A DNA stretch of 64,000 nt, taken from NCBI GenBank assembly GCA_965200645.1, contig CBDAUN010000003.1, positions 1,472,968 to 1,536,967 on the forward strand, given 5' to 3'. The position numbers and the translations under genes were made by a program. Every line of letters begins with the position of its first letter. The stretch's first letter is position 1. Below, piece by piece: positions 11,626 through 20,639 of the stretch. The DNA comes from Arenicellales bacterium. GTDB taxonomy: Bacteria; Pseudomonadota; Gammaproteobacteria; Arenicellales; JAJDZL01. The notes beneath the pieces were generated by a model. It was not told the origin of the DNA, made no database searches, and worked only from the letters and a program-made list of their open reading frames with translations.

Positions 11626-12209
11626 GCGGAAACATACCTGGCATCAACAATTTCGTCAAAAATTGGAAATGCTCTCCACTGCTGCTTTCTGTCGTCAAAG
11701 TATTCTCTGTCATACAAGTATTCAAGACCCAGTCCATACAGATGAAAGTTGATAACAGGATCTTCATCGTGAACATGAATGGAGTGCAAGTCATCCGGCA
11801 ACATGGCGACTCCGCTACCAGGTTCTACCAGATGTGATCCGGTCTGAGTGACTCCGTCTTCCGTGCGGTCATAAAATCGATTCAGTTCACCGCCGTCAAT
11901 CCCAACGATAACTGCCCAAGTTCCATGATTGTGCGCTGGAACATCAAGTGGAGCAATGGCTGTTTGAATATACAGAGCACAGCGATTAGTTTTCTCATCC
12001 TCGAACAGACGATAGACACAGGACTTGTCCTTATTGTCCTCGCAAGGAGGCGGAAACTCCTCTGTTGTAAACCATTCACTGTTGGCAGCTAAGTTCAACA
12101 GTTCATCTTTAATCATATTAAGGGATTCTCTTGTCGCGCCGTGATTTTCTTCAATTTCCTGAATCTTTTGGACCGTTGATCGAACCGTTGCACTTCTATT
12201 GTTGTTCAT
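11622..12209 (-). CDS. cupin of the cysteine dioxygenase type I / thiol dioxygenase-like family (COG5553 type)
   Basis: 195 aa. The AHNHG ... HSIHVH histidine pattern sits in a cupin fold context. Translationally coupled to the rhodanese gene. Confidence 0.6.
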   Translation of the reverse strand: MNNNRSATVRSTVQKIQEIEENHGATRESLNMIKDELLNLAANSEWFTTEEFPPPCEDNKDKSCVYRLFEDEKTNRCALYIQTAIAPLDVPAHNHGTWAVIVGIDGGELNRFYDRTEDGVTQTGSHLVEPGSGVAMLPDDLHSIHVHDEDPVINFHLYGLGLEYLYDREYFDDRKQQWRAFPIFDEIVDARYVSA

Positions 12210-13137
12210 TTAAATATTCCTCCTCTAAAATACGTCTGGTTTTCTCGTCATATCGCTTACATTGGTTAAGAAATTTCTGAGTTCGCGGGATGGGGACTCG
12301 CGCACCTGCAATATAAGAAATTAGGCTACGTCCAGACTGAAGCAACCTGGCCCCCTCAATCAAATGACTTTCCATCTTCTCCGAAACATTTGACGGTATA
12401 GCAGGAGAAAAGGCTTTCACGCTATCCTTCGCAGCAACAAATTTTGGCCACACTTCAAAGATTTCTGTATCAATTTTTCGGGTCTCACAGTCTTGTTTGG
12501 CGGCCCATGCGTAGGCCATCAGTCTTGCCTCAATCCCCTGGAATGGGTAAAGACGACCCAATGTATCAATCAGTGCGGTCGTAATATCGTCAATTTCGCG
12601 CATACTCATGCTAAGTTTTACATAGCGACTGACGTAAAACTCCTCTATAGTCATGGTAAATGCCTTCAATGGTTCACCCCAAAGTTCATCAATACCTTCC
12701 ATTCCACTGTAGTGACGAACATTCTTGCCGAGTTCCATCGCTTCTTCCAGACAGTCACTGCATTGCTTCATTAATTCGTTTTCAATGCTGACTTCCACCT
12801 TTTGAGTTCGAAGTTCAACTATGACCGTGAAAATATCGGTGGCACGATTGAACAAAGCACCAGCAAGCATGGCTGCATTGACACGCTTTTCGTCAGGGTT
12901 GGAGGCTTTCTTGTAAGCACTGCGGGCATGGTCGAGATTCACGCCTGGAGTGTTTATGCCCGGCTCGGTATGGTGAAACGCCCGTCGGGTAAGGCTGACG
13001 ATCAGGTTCTTTTTGTCAGCGAGGGTTTCTGCCGGCGGCTCGTAAAACACGATCCAATAGCCGTTATAGTAAATGCGTTTACGGCCATCAATTTCTCTAA
13101 TGGTACCATTGGGCAGATTTGATTCTGATTGATTCAA
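12196..13137 (-). CDS. hypothetical protein (313 aa), first gene of the cupin-rhodanese operon
   Basis: Long ORF with no competing frame. 14-nt overlap with the downstream cupin gene. Predicted soluble and helical; I recognise no family motif. Confidence 0.5.
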   Translation of the reverse strand: MNQSESNLPNGTIREIDGRKRIYYNGYWIVFYEPPAETLADKKNLIVSLTRRAFHHTEPGINTPGVNLDHARSAYKKASNPDEKRVNAAMLAGALFNRATDIFTVIVELRTQKVEVSIENELMKQCSDCLEEAMELGKNVRHYSGMEGIDELWGEPLKAFTMTIEEFYVSRYVKLSMSMREIDDITTALIDTLGRLYPFQGIEARLMAYAWAAKQDCETRKIDTEIFEVWPKFVAAKDSVKAFSPAIPSNVSEKMESHLIEGARLLQSGRSLISYIAGARVPIPRTQKFLNQCKRYDEKTRRILEEEYLNEQQ

Positions 13138-13341
13138 TTGCTGTCATTCCATCAATTGAAGTAAGCAAAGTTCATTTTACTCGGATTCAAACAAACCATA
13201 AGAAGTTGCAAAGAATGTCAATCAGTCTTTTATTTGATTTATAGGCATAAGTAGTTTTACAATGATATTCGTGCTTAAGTGAAGTTACCTGAATTTGATG
13301 CCGATAGAATTTATGCAAAAGATTTAGAGTTATAGAAATCG

Positions 13342-13995
13342 ATGAATCTCACATTTGTAGAAGAAATATTACTGGTGATGCTTGATGATGAAAAAGGCAC
13401 TTTGCCGCCTATTCCTCAGCTTACGCTACATTTTGTGATAGCCGGCGCAATTCTGATGGACTTAGCAGTGCGCAACAAAATTGACAACGACTTGGAAAAT
13501 GTCACACTCATCGACAGCACCCCAACTGGCGAAGCCTGCTTAGATGATGCGCTGGCAAAAGTCGCATCAAGTCCGGACGGTCACAAGACCAATTACTGGT
13601 TAAACGAGATCGCCGACGAAGGCACAGTGATTGTCGACCAAGGCTTCAAAAGCCTAGTTCAGCGCGGAATTCTCGATGAACATGAAAAAAGGTTTCTCTG
13701 GGTGATGAAGTCGCGAACCTACCCAACCATCGATGGGACGGCAGAACGCGAAGTTAAACTTAGAATTATGAATATTCTCTATAGCGATGAAATCCCAGAT
13801 CCCAGAGATGTTGTGGTAATTTGTCTATTGGATGCCTGCAATATGTTTCGCGCCCTGCTGGGGCAAAACGAAGTAAACAGAGTTCGGGAGCGGATTGATC
13901 AGGTAGCTCGTTTGGATGTGATCGGGCAGGCCACCACCAAATTGATTCGTGATATTCAAATAGCCTTCGTAGCCACTCACGCCCCTCTATTCTGA
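13342..13995 (+). CDS. GPP34 (GOLPH3/Vps74-like) family protein
   Basis: The N-terminal LTFVEEILLVMLDDEKGTL ... FVIAGAILMDLAVRNKI resembles the bacterial GPP34 family signature. 217 aa. Confidence 0.6.
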   Translation: MNLTFVEEILLVMLDDEKGTLPPIPQLTLHFVIAGAILMDLAVRNKIDNDLENVTLIDSTPTGEACLDDALAKVASSPDGHKTNYWLNEIADEGTVIVDQGFKSLVQRGILDEHEKRFLWVMKSRTYPTIDGTAEREVKLRIMNILYSDEIPDPRDVVVICLLDACNMFRALLGQNEVNRVRERIDQVARLDVIGQATTKLIRDIQIAFVATHAPLF

Positions 13996-14087
13996 ATCGC
14001 CTTCTCTGGCGAAATTTACTTAAGTTTAGACGCCCGACAAAACATCCGTCAGTACGGCGGTTGAGGAAGTTCTCTTCGTCTACCAGT

Positions 14088-15710
14088 TTAATGCATTGCT
14101 TGCGGCAGCCATGTCGCAAGAGATGGCCAAAACCAAAGCACCACCAACATCAATATCTGAATAGCTACAAATGGAATAATTCCCTTATAAATTTCGACTG
14201 TTCGAATTTCAGGTGGAGCAACTCCTCTCAGATAAAAAAGTGAAAATCCAAACGGGGGTGTCATAAACGAAGTCTGTAAATTTACGGCCATCATGACACC
14301 GAGCCATATTGGGCTCATTGCCACTCCGGGAGCAATTTCCATTTGCAGTAAGATTGGCCCAACAATTGGCACGACAATAAACATAATTTCAAGAAAATCG
14401 AGAATAAATCCAAGCAAGAACATGACAAGCATGACGATAAGAAGTACCGTGATGGTGCCACCCGGCAGGCTGTTTAGGAAATTCTCAACCACCTCATCAC
14501 CACTGAGCCCGCGAAATACCAGTGCGAAGAGTGATGCACCAATCAGAATGACGAACACCATCGTTGAAACAATCAAAGTCTGCCGTAGAATTTGCGGCAA
14601 AATTGACTCACCGGTAGCATCTTTAGCAACATAGACTCGAAGGATAGAAACAGCGATTCCGATAACAAGTCCGCTACAACCAAGGAGTGCTGCAAACACC
14701 GCCCACCATTCAGCGATTGTCAGCTCCTGCCGCTGCATTCGTAAATCAAACCCTGCATTGACAATCAGCACAATGACTAAGCACAAAGCCCCGAACAAGA
14801 TTGGCTTGCCCTTTTGTGGTGCCACTCGATAGCCCGCCATCAACAGCGCTCCGATACCTCCCATTGCCGCCGATTCAGTCGGCGATGCAATTCCCGTCAA
14901 GATCGATCCCAGTACCGCAATAATTAATGCAATGGGAGCAATTAAGGATGATATTAAAGTCCAGAAAAATGACTTTCCGTCATCTGGACAAAGTTCGCTC
15001 TTTGGTATGGCTGGTGAACTCTCTGGTTGAATGATTGACACAATGATTTGATAACAAATGTACAGCCCCACCAAAATGAGTCCCGGAATTAGTGCCCCAG
15101 CAAAAAGGTCTGTGACAGATACTGCATCCGGTGAGAAGTTGCCCTTTGCAAACTGTGCCTGTTGATATGCGTTCGAAAGTTGATCTCCCAGCAAAACGAG
15201 CACTATGGACGGTGGTATGACCTGCCCCAGGGTTCCGGACGCACAAATCGTTCCACATGCTAACGACCTGTTGTAACCCCTTCTCATCATGGTAGGTAAC
15301 GAAAGTAAGCCCATCGTCACCACTGTTGCGCCAACAATTCCCGTCGAAGCTGCAAGTAATGCACCGACCAGGCAGACCGAATAACCCAAACCACCAGGAA
15401 TGCTGCCAAACAACTTTCCCATGCTTTCGAGCAAGTCTTCAGCAATCTTTGAACGTTCCAGCGTCACCCCCATAAAGATAAATAAGGGTACGGCCACCAA
15501 TACTTCGTTACGCATAATGGAAAATATTCGCTGCGGCAGTGCAATCAGAAAGGAAATGTCAAACAATCCTATAGACGCGGCGAACAATGCGAACAGTAAT
15601 GAACTTCCAGCCAGACTAAAGGCAACCGGAAATCCAAACAATAAAGTAATGACGACACAAATAAACAGTGCCGAACACAATATTGCTGGAGAAGCGATGA
15701 CTTCGAGCAT
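14088..15710 (-). CDS. dctM: TRAP transporter large permease subunit (long, 540 aa)
   Basis: Polytopic DctM-like sequence. ATGA overlap with the upstream DctQ gene at 15708-15712. Confidence 0.85.
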   Translation of the reverse strand: MLEVIASPAILCSALFICVVITLLFGFPVAFSLAGSSLLFALFAASIGLFDISFLIALPQRIFSIMRNEVLVAVPLFIFMGVTLERSKIAEDLLESMGKLFGSIPGGLGYSVCLVGALLAASTGIVGATVVTMGLLSLPTMMRRGYNRSLACGTICASGTLGQVIPPSIVLVLLGDQLSNAYQQAQFAKGNFSPDAVSVTDLFAGALIPGLILVGLYICYQIIVSIIQPESSPAIPKSELCPDDGKSFFWTLISSLIAPIALIIAVLGSILTGIASPTESAAMGGIGALLMAGYRVAPQKGKPILFGALCLVIVLIVNAGFDLRMQRQELTIAEWWAVFAALLGCSGLVIGIAVSILRVYVAKDATGESILPQILRQTLIVSTMVFVILIGASLFALVFRGLSGDEVVENFLNSLPGGTITVLLIVMLVMFLLGFILDFLEIMFIVVPIVGPILLQMEIAPGVAMSPIWLGVMMAVNLQTSFMTPPFGFSLFYLRGVAPPEIRTVEIYKGIIPFVAIQILMLVVLWFWPSLATWLPQAMH

Positions 15711-16459
15711 CAGGTACCGATCACTTCCTTGCGACTCGGGTCCGTCAGATAAAGAAAAGACTTTAGCGCCAGTGAAATCCCTTCTACAGCCAAAACAACG
15801 GAAAATACTAAAATTACTGACTTGAACAAATACAGATAAGGAAGCCCAACTGTTTCAACAGAGCCTTCCTTAACGGCCCAGGAGTTTTGTACTAGCGGCC
15901 AGGCAAAGTCGAAGTTGACCACACAAAATGGAATCAGAAACAGAGCTGAACCCACAAGATTAATCCACGCCTTAGTGGTGTCCTTAGCATTCCTGTAGAA
16001 GATGTCCAATCTAACATGACCATCCTTGGCAAGGGTGTATCCAGCACCAAGCATAAATAGCAGTCCGTGCATGTACCAAATGGATTCCTGCATCTGCACC
16101 GACCCATATGCGAATACGTACCTCATCACCACAATGACAAACTGCATCAAGGTCAGATAAAGAACAAGCCAGGTAGTCACTCGTCCAAGGACTGTATTGG
16201 TGAGAGTCATCCATATAGATGAAGCTCGCAACACTCGTCTCCAAAACAATTTCTCTGTATTTTGATCTCGCCCCTGCCGCAATAATTTGAAGATCCCGTC
16301 ACACTCCACGCGAATCATCAAAACTAAAGGAATTAAAAACAGACACACCGTCGATAACAAAACAAGTGCGTAAACTGCAATGCCAATCGGCAGAGGTAAT
16401 CGCTGCAGGGAAAACCAAAGTTCAATGAAGCCAATATCCATATTGAATATAGATACCAC
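15710..16459 (-). CDS. dctQ: TRAP transporter small permease subunit
   Basis: 249 aa with four or more TM segments. The ...MRYVF...GHVRLDIFY motif region is typical of DctQ. Confidence 0.75.
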   Translation of the reverse strand: MVSIFNMDIGFIELWFSLQRLPLPIGIAVYALVLLSTVCLFLIPLVLMIRVECDGIFKLLRQGRDQNTEKLFWRRVLRASSIWMTLTNTVLGRVTTWLVLYLTLMQFVIVVMRYVFAYGSVQMQESIWYMHGLLFMLGAGYTLAKDGHVRLDIFYRNAKDTTKAWINLVGSALFLIPFCVVNFDFAWPLVQNSWAVKEGSVETVGLPYLYLFKSVILVFSVVLAVEGISLALKSFLYLTDPSRKEVIGT

Positions 16460-16612
16460 AAGCCGAACAACAATAAAGCCGCTTTCTTAAGCAGAAAGAA
16501 AAGCTTACGTCAATCTAATGGTCTTAAATTTGTGTCTAGATAAATCTGCCGCAAGTTTCCGCTTTAGAAAGCACTTGTGCAACTTGCGTTTTGAATTAAT
16601 CGTTTGAGTTAA

Positions 16613-17557
16613 TTACGATTCGGTTTCGACCATACTCTTGACAACGGCACACCAGCCTTCGGAAATGTTGCGCAGGTTATAGCCACCCCCACCCCAAGAG
16701 ATAATCCTTCCGTCACAAAACTCATTCGCAATTTTGCATAACTGCTTTGCGGCATGTGCGTGAGCTTTTGGAGTGAATCGCATATGAGTCAACGGGTCTC
16801 CATCAATACTGTCCGCACCTGCTTGAAACAAGATAATTTCGGGCTTGCTAGCGCGTATAAACGTTTCCAGAGCATCCCACTTTTTGAAAAACTCGTCATC
16901 CGTACTATCCGGTAATACTGGAAGATTTAATTTCGTGCCAATAGCGCTGCCTTCACCAGTTTCATCTGCAAATCCGGTACCGGGGTAAAGGAATCGACCG
17001 TCTTCGTGAATATCAGCAAAAATTAAATCCGGATCTGAATTGAACGAGTACTGCACTCCATCGCCATGATGTGCATCAATATCGATGTACGCGACACGCT
17101 GTATGCCGAAACGCTCTCGCAATGCCTGAATTACGATTGCAATGTCATTAACCGCACAAAACCCAGCTGCCTGTTCCCGTGTGGCATGGTGCATGCCTCC
17201 AATCGGCACAAAGACTCTCGCCACTTCACCACGAACCATCTTGCCAATGGCATCCAAATTGGCACCGACTATCGCCTTTACCGCCTCCAATATTCCGCGA
17301 ATGGCAGGTGTGTCTCCATAATCAAGATAGCCCACTCCAGTAGCCGAGCCTTCTACCAGTCGGCTAACGTATTGTGAAGTATGAAAACTTCTTAAGTCCT
17401 CTTCTTCGCAGTGAGGAGGCGGTGAAAAAATGTCTAAATTCTGGTCTAGCCCGCGACGTTGCGCCTCGTGCCAGAAAGCGTTGTGACGGTCTCGTCCAAA
17501 TGGGTGATCTTCAAACCCATAGTTTGCGAGGTCTCCCCCTACATAGACGCCGACCAT
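16613..17557 (-). CDS. histone deacetylase / acetoin utilisation (AcuC-like) family deacetylase
   Basis: 314 aa. GGMHHA, DIDAHHGDGVQ and GGGGY are arginase/deacetylase superfamily metal-site motifs. Confidence 0.85.
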   Translation of the reverse strand: MVGVYVGGDLANYGFEDHPFGRDRHNAFWHEAQRRGLDQNLDIFSPPPHCEEEDLRSFHTSQYVSRLVEGSATGVGYLDYGDTPAIRGILEAVKAIVGANLDAIGKMVRGEVARVFVPIGGMHHATREQAAGFCAVNDIAIVIQALRERFGIQRVAYIDIDAHHGDGVQYSFNSDPDLIFADIHEDGRFLYPGTGFADETGEGSAIGTKLNLPVLPDSTDDEFFKKWDALETFIRASKPEIILFQAGADSIDGDPLTHMRFTPKAHAHAAKQLCKIANEFCDGRIISWGGGGYNLRNISEGWCAVVKSMVETES

Positions 17558-17567
17558 ATGTAGTTAA

Positions 17568-18005
17568 CTACCAGGAGGTGATTTGCCAACTATTTGTGGG
17601 ACTGGTACCAAAGTCGTCATTTTTTTGATGGTCAGAAAGCAGGCCACCCTGATTCAAGTAATAAGTGCCACTACCTTCAGGAGTGACTTCGACATACAAC
17701 AGTCTGCCATAGAGCCGAAATTCTCTAACTACGGTGCTTCCAAGTTGTCTTGTGGTTATATCGATGTCTGGATTGGAAGCATCAATGGCTGGTTGCTCAG
17801 TAGTAGTGGTGGAAGACGAAGTAATTGCGACTCCGGTTTGAGCAGCCGGCTTTGCTTTAAACTCAATGGTGTCAACCAAGTTTTGTGCATATACACTCCC
17901 TGATAAAAGTGCAAAGACGAAGGTTAGTGGCAACACAAACTTCTTTGCAACAGCGATGCTGGTCACGGAAATCTTATCCCTCTTGTGTAAGCTGATGAAA
18001 AACAT
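17568..18005 (-). CDS. secreted DUF2782-like protein
   Basis: Signal peptide (..FALLSGSVYA). The block ITTRQLGSTVVREFRLYGRLLYVEVTPEGSGTYYL resembles DUF2782. A GTG at 17966 would remove the overlap with the ABC gene. Confidence 0.5.
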   Translation of the reverse strand: MFFISLHKRDKISVTSIAVAKKFVLPLTFVFALLSGSVYAQNLVDTIEFKAKPAAQTGVAITSSSTTTTEQPAIDASNPDIDITTRQLGSTVVREFRLYGRLLYVEVTPEGSGTYYLNQGGLLSDHQKNDDFGTSPTNSWQITSW

Positions 18006-18897
18006 CTGTCAGATTACCTCGTTGAATGTAAATTTGTTGTATTTGGCAATTTTTCTCTTTCGATAATTCATTAATTCTGAAAATTATCGAATTAGGATTA
18101 TCGGTGACGATACTTAATACCTTCTTGCCTACATTGTATATTTCAACACGTTCAGCCACCGATTGCAATTCTTCAGAAAGTTCACCAGAGTCAATTCCAT
18201 CCAGTTGTAGATGAATCGCATTGTGATTTTTGGCTAACGCTGCAACTTCACTGGGGGTGGAATCTACAATGATTTTCCCTTGATTAATCACAATTACCCG
18301 ATTGCACACGGCATCGACTTCTTCCAGCTGATGTGTGGACAAAATAATGACCTTGTCTTTGGAGATCTTTCGAATCAGTTTACGAATTTGCGCTTTTTGA
18401 TTTGGGTCCAGTCCGTCAGTAGGTTCATCTAGAACCAAGTATTGAGGTTGGTGCAACAATGCTTGGGCCAAACCTACGCGACGCTGATAACCCTTAGACA
18501 ATGTTTCAATTCGCTGCGTGAGAACCTGTTCCAAATTTACTGAAGCTACCACATCCTTCATGCGTTCGATGAGTGATTTGCGATTTAGTCCACGAACGCT
18601 TCCTATAAATTCTAAAAAGGAGTGTACAGGCATTTCCCCATACAAAGGTACTCCTTCAGGCAGATAGCCAAGTTGAGATTTAACCTGCTTGGGTTGTTCG
18701 ACAACGTCCACACCGTCAAAGGTAACTCTGCCTGCATCAGGCGTAAGAAAACCGGTGATGATTTTCATCGTCGTAGACTTGCCCGCACCATTTGGTCCAA
18801 GAAACGCCAGCACATCGCCCCTTGACACGCTGAAACTGACATCTTGTACAGCGTGTATGGGACCGAAGCGCTTTTGGATTCCCTCTACGACAATCAT
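17974..18897 (-). CDS. ABC transporter ATP-binding protein (ABC-2/GldA-like)
   Basis: Walker A GPNGAGKST, signature LSKGYQRR, Walker B LVLDEPTDGLD. 307 aa with a C-terminal extension. Confidence 0.85.
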   Translation of the reverse strand: MIVVEGIQKRFGPIHAVQDVSFSVSRGDVLAFLGPNGAGKSTTMKIITGFLTPDAGRVTFDGVDVVEQPKQVKSQLGYLPEGVPLYGEMPVHSFLEFIGSVRGLNRKSLIERMKDVVASVNLEQVLTQRIETLSKGYQRRVGLAQALLHQPQYLVLDEPTDGLDPNQKAQIRKLIRKISKDKVIILSTHQLEEVDAVCNRVIVINQGKIIVDSTPSEVAALAKNHNAIHLQLDGIDSGELSEELQSVAERVEIYNVGKKVLSIVTDNPNSIIFRINELSKEKNCQIQQIYIQRGNLTDVFHQLTQEG

Positions 18898-18936
18898 GCG
18901 TGAGTTTTAAATCAAACTTCTATTGGTTAAAGTTCT

Positions 18937-20310
18937 TCAGGCGGCAACTGAGGGCAATCCTGCAAGTGCCATGGCGACTTCTTCTGCAGAGTATTCATGA
19001 TTTACCATTGAGCCTCCGAAGTAGTCGGTATAGGCCTGCATGTCGAAGTGACCATGTCCGCAAAGATTGAATAAAATGCTCTTGCTCTCGCCTGATTCCT
19101 TACATTTGTTTGCCTCTTCGATGGTCGCTGCAACGGCGTGATTGGCTTCTGGGGCTGGCACTATTCCCTCCGCTCTTGCAAACTGAACACCAGCTTCAAA
19201 GCAGTGAAGTTGAGAGTAGGCCCGAGGGTGAATATAGCCCTGATCAGTCAGTAGACTCACCAATGGTGCCATACCGTGATAGCGCAGTCCGCCGGCATGA
19301 AAGCCAGGCGGCACAAACTTTGAGCCAAGCGTATGCATTTTCACCAGCGGGGTCAGGTTACCGGTATCGCCAAAGTCGAAGGCATATTTACCCTTGGTCA
19401 AAGTCGGACATGCCGATGGCTCTACAGCAATGACCTCCACATCCTGACCGCCCCTGAGCTTTTCGCCAATAAACGGAAAGGTCAGTCCGGCGAAATTGCT
19501 TCCTCCGCCTGTACATCCGATCACCATATCGGGATAGTCATCTGCCATATCCATTTGAAGAATTGCTTCGGTACCGACGACCGTCTGGTGCATCAATACG
19601 TGATTCAAAACACTGCCTAATGCGTATTTGGTGTCGTCACGCTGAACGGCACGTTCCACTGCCTCGCTGATCGCAATACCTAAACTGCCCGTACTTTCCG
19701 GGTTGTCCTTAAGAATTGCCTGACCTGTTTGAGTGATATCACTGGGACTTGCTATGCAGGTTGCACCAAAGGTTTCCATTAGTGCTCTTCGGTATGGCTT
19801 TTGCTGATAGCTTACCTTGACCATGAATACTTCTATTTCAAGCCCAAAAAATGCTCCGGCCATTGACAAAGCCGAACCCCACTGACCAGCACCGGTTTCG
19901 GTGGTAATTCTCTTAACGCCTCCATCCATCGAATAGAATGCCTGTGCGATTGCAGTATTGGGTTTATGCGAACCTGCCGGAGAACCGCCTTCGTACTTGT
20001 AGTAAATGCGCGCTGGCGTGTCCAAGGCTTTTTCCAAACGTCTTGCCCGAAACAATGGTGATGGACGCCACAACTTTAGTGCCTCTAGTACCGGTCCTGG
20101 AATATCCACATAGCGTTCAGTACTGACCTCTTGAAGAATGATGTTCATGGGGAATAACGGTGCCAAGTCATCAGGTCCAACGGGCTGTCCTGTTCCCGGA
20201 TGAAGAACGGGTGGTGGCGGTGAAGGTAGATCAGCAGCGATGTTGTACCAGGACTTGGGGATTGAAGATTCTGGAAGCAGGAATTTTGTATTTTGAGACA
20301 TTCTTGTCAC
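18937..20310 (-). CDS. TrpB-like PLP-dependent enzyme (TrpB2 type)
   Basis: 457 aa. GGSPAGSHKPNTA PLP-lysine motif and GGGSNFAG glycine loop. The long N-terminus is typical of TrpB2. Confidence 0.8.
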   Translation of the reverse strand: MTRMSQNTKFLLPESSIPKSWYNIAADLPSPPPPVLHPGTGQPVGPDDLAPLFPMNIILQEVSTERYVDIPGPVLEALKLWRPSPLFRARRLEKALDTPARIYYKYEGGSPAGSHKPNTAIAQAFYSMDGGVKRITTETGAGQWGSALSMAGAFFGLEIEVFMVKVSYQQKPYRRALMETFGATCIASPSDITQTGQAILKDNPESTGSLGIAISEAVERAVQRDDTKYALGSVLNHVLMHQTVVGTEAILQMDMADDYPDMVIGCTGGGSNFAGLTFPFIGEKLRGGQDVEVIAVEPSACPTLTKGKYAFDFGDTGNLTPLVKMHTLGSKFVPPGFHAGGLRYHGMAPLVSLLTDQGYIHPRAYSQLHCFEAGVQFARAEGIVPAPEANHAVAATIEEANKCKESGESKSILFNLCGHGHFDMQAYTDYFGGSMVNHEYSAEEVAMALAGLPSVAA

Positions 20311-20639
20311 CGTAATGTTTCGTCATGTAAAGTGTAGGTGATTATATGGCACGCAGCTCTGCCATTACTTTGGTGGAGAAGTTGGTGGTCGGCGGTAGTG
20401 GTTGAAGTTCAACTTAAGATGACCGACATGTGTGGTTGTAGGTGGTTGGTGCCCCATAGGTAACCTGAAAGGACCATTTTCTGCCATCGACAATACTTCA
20501 AACGGTTGCTTGTTAAATTTACACATCACTAATCCATTCTGAATCGGTTATGCGCAACGGTTAATTGATGGATATTATGAAATTTGTATGTGGAGGTAAC
20601 ATAATCTACCTTGTTCAAACACTTTAGAAACTGTACCTA

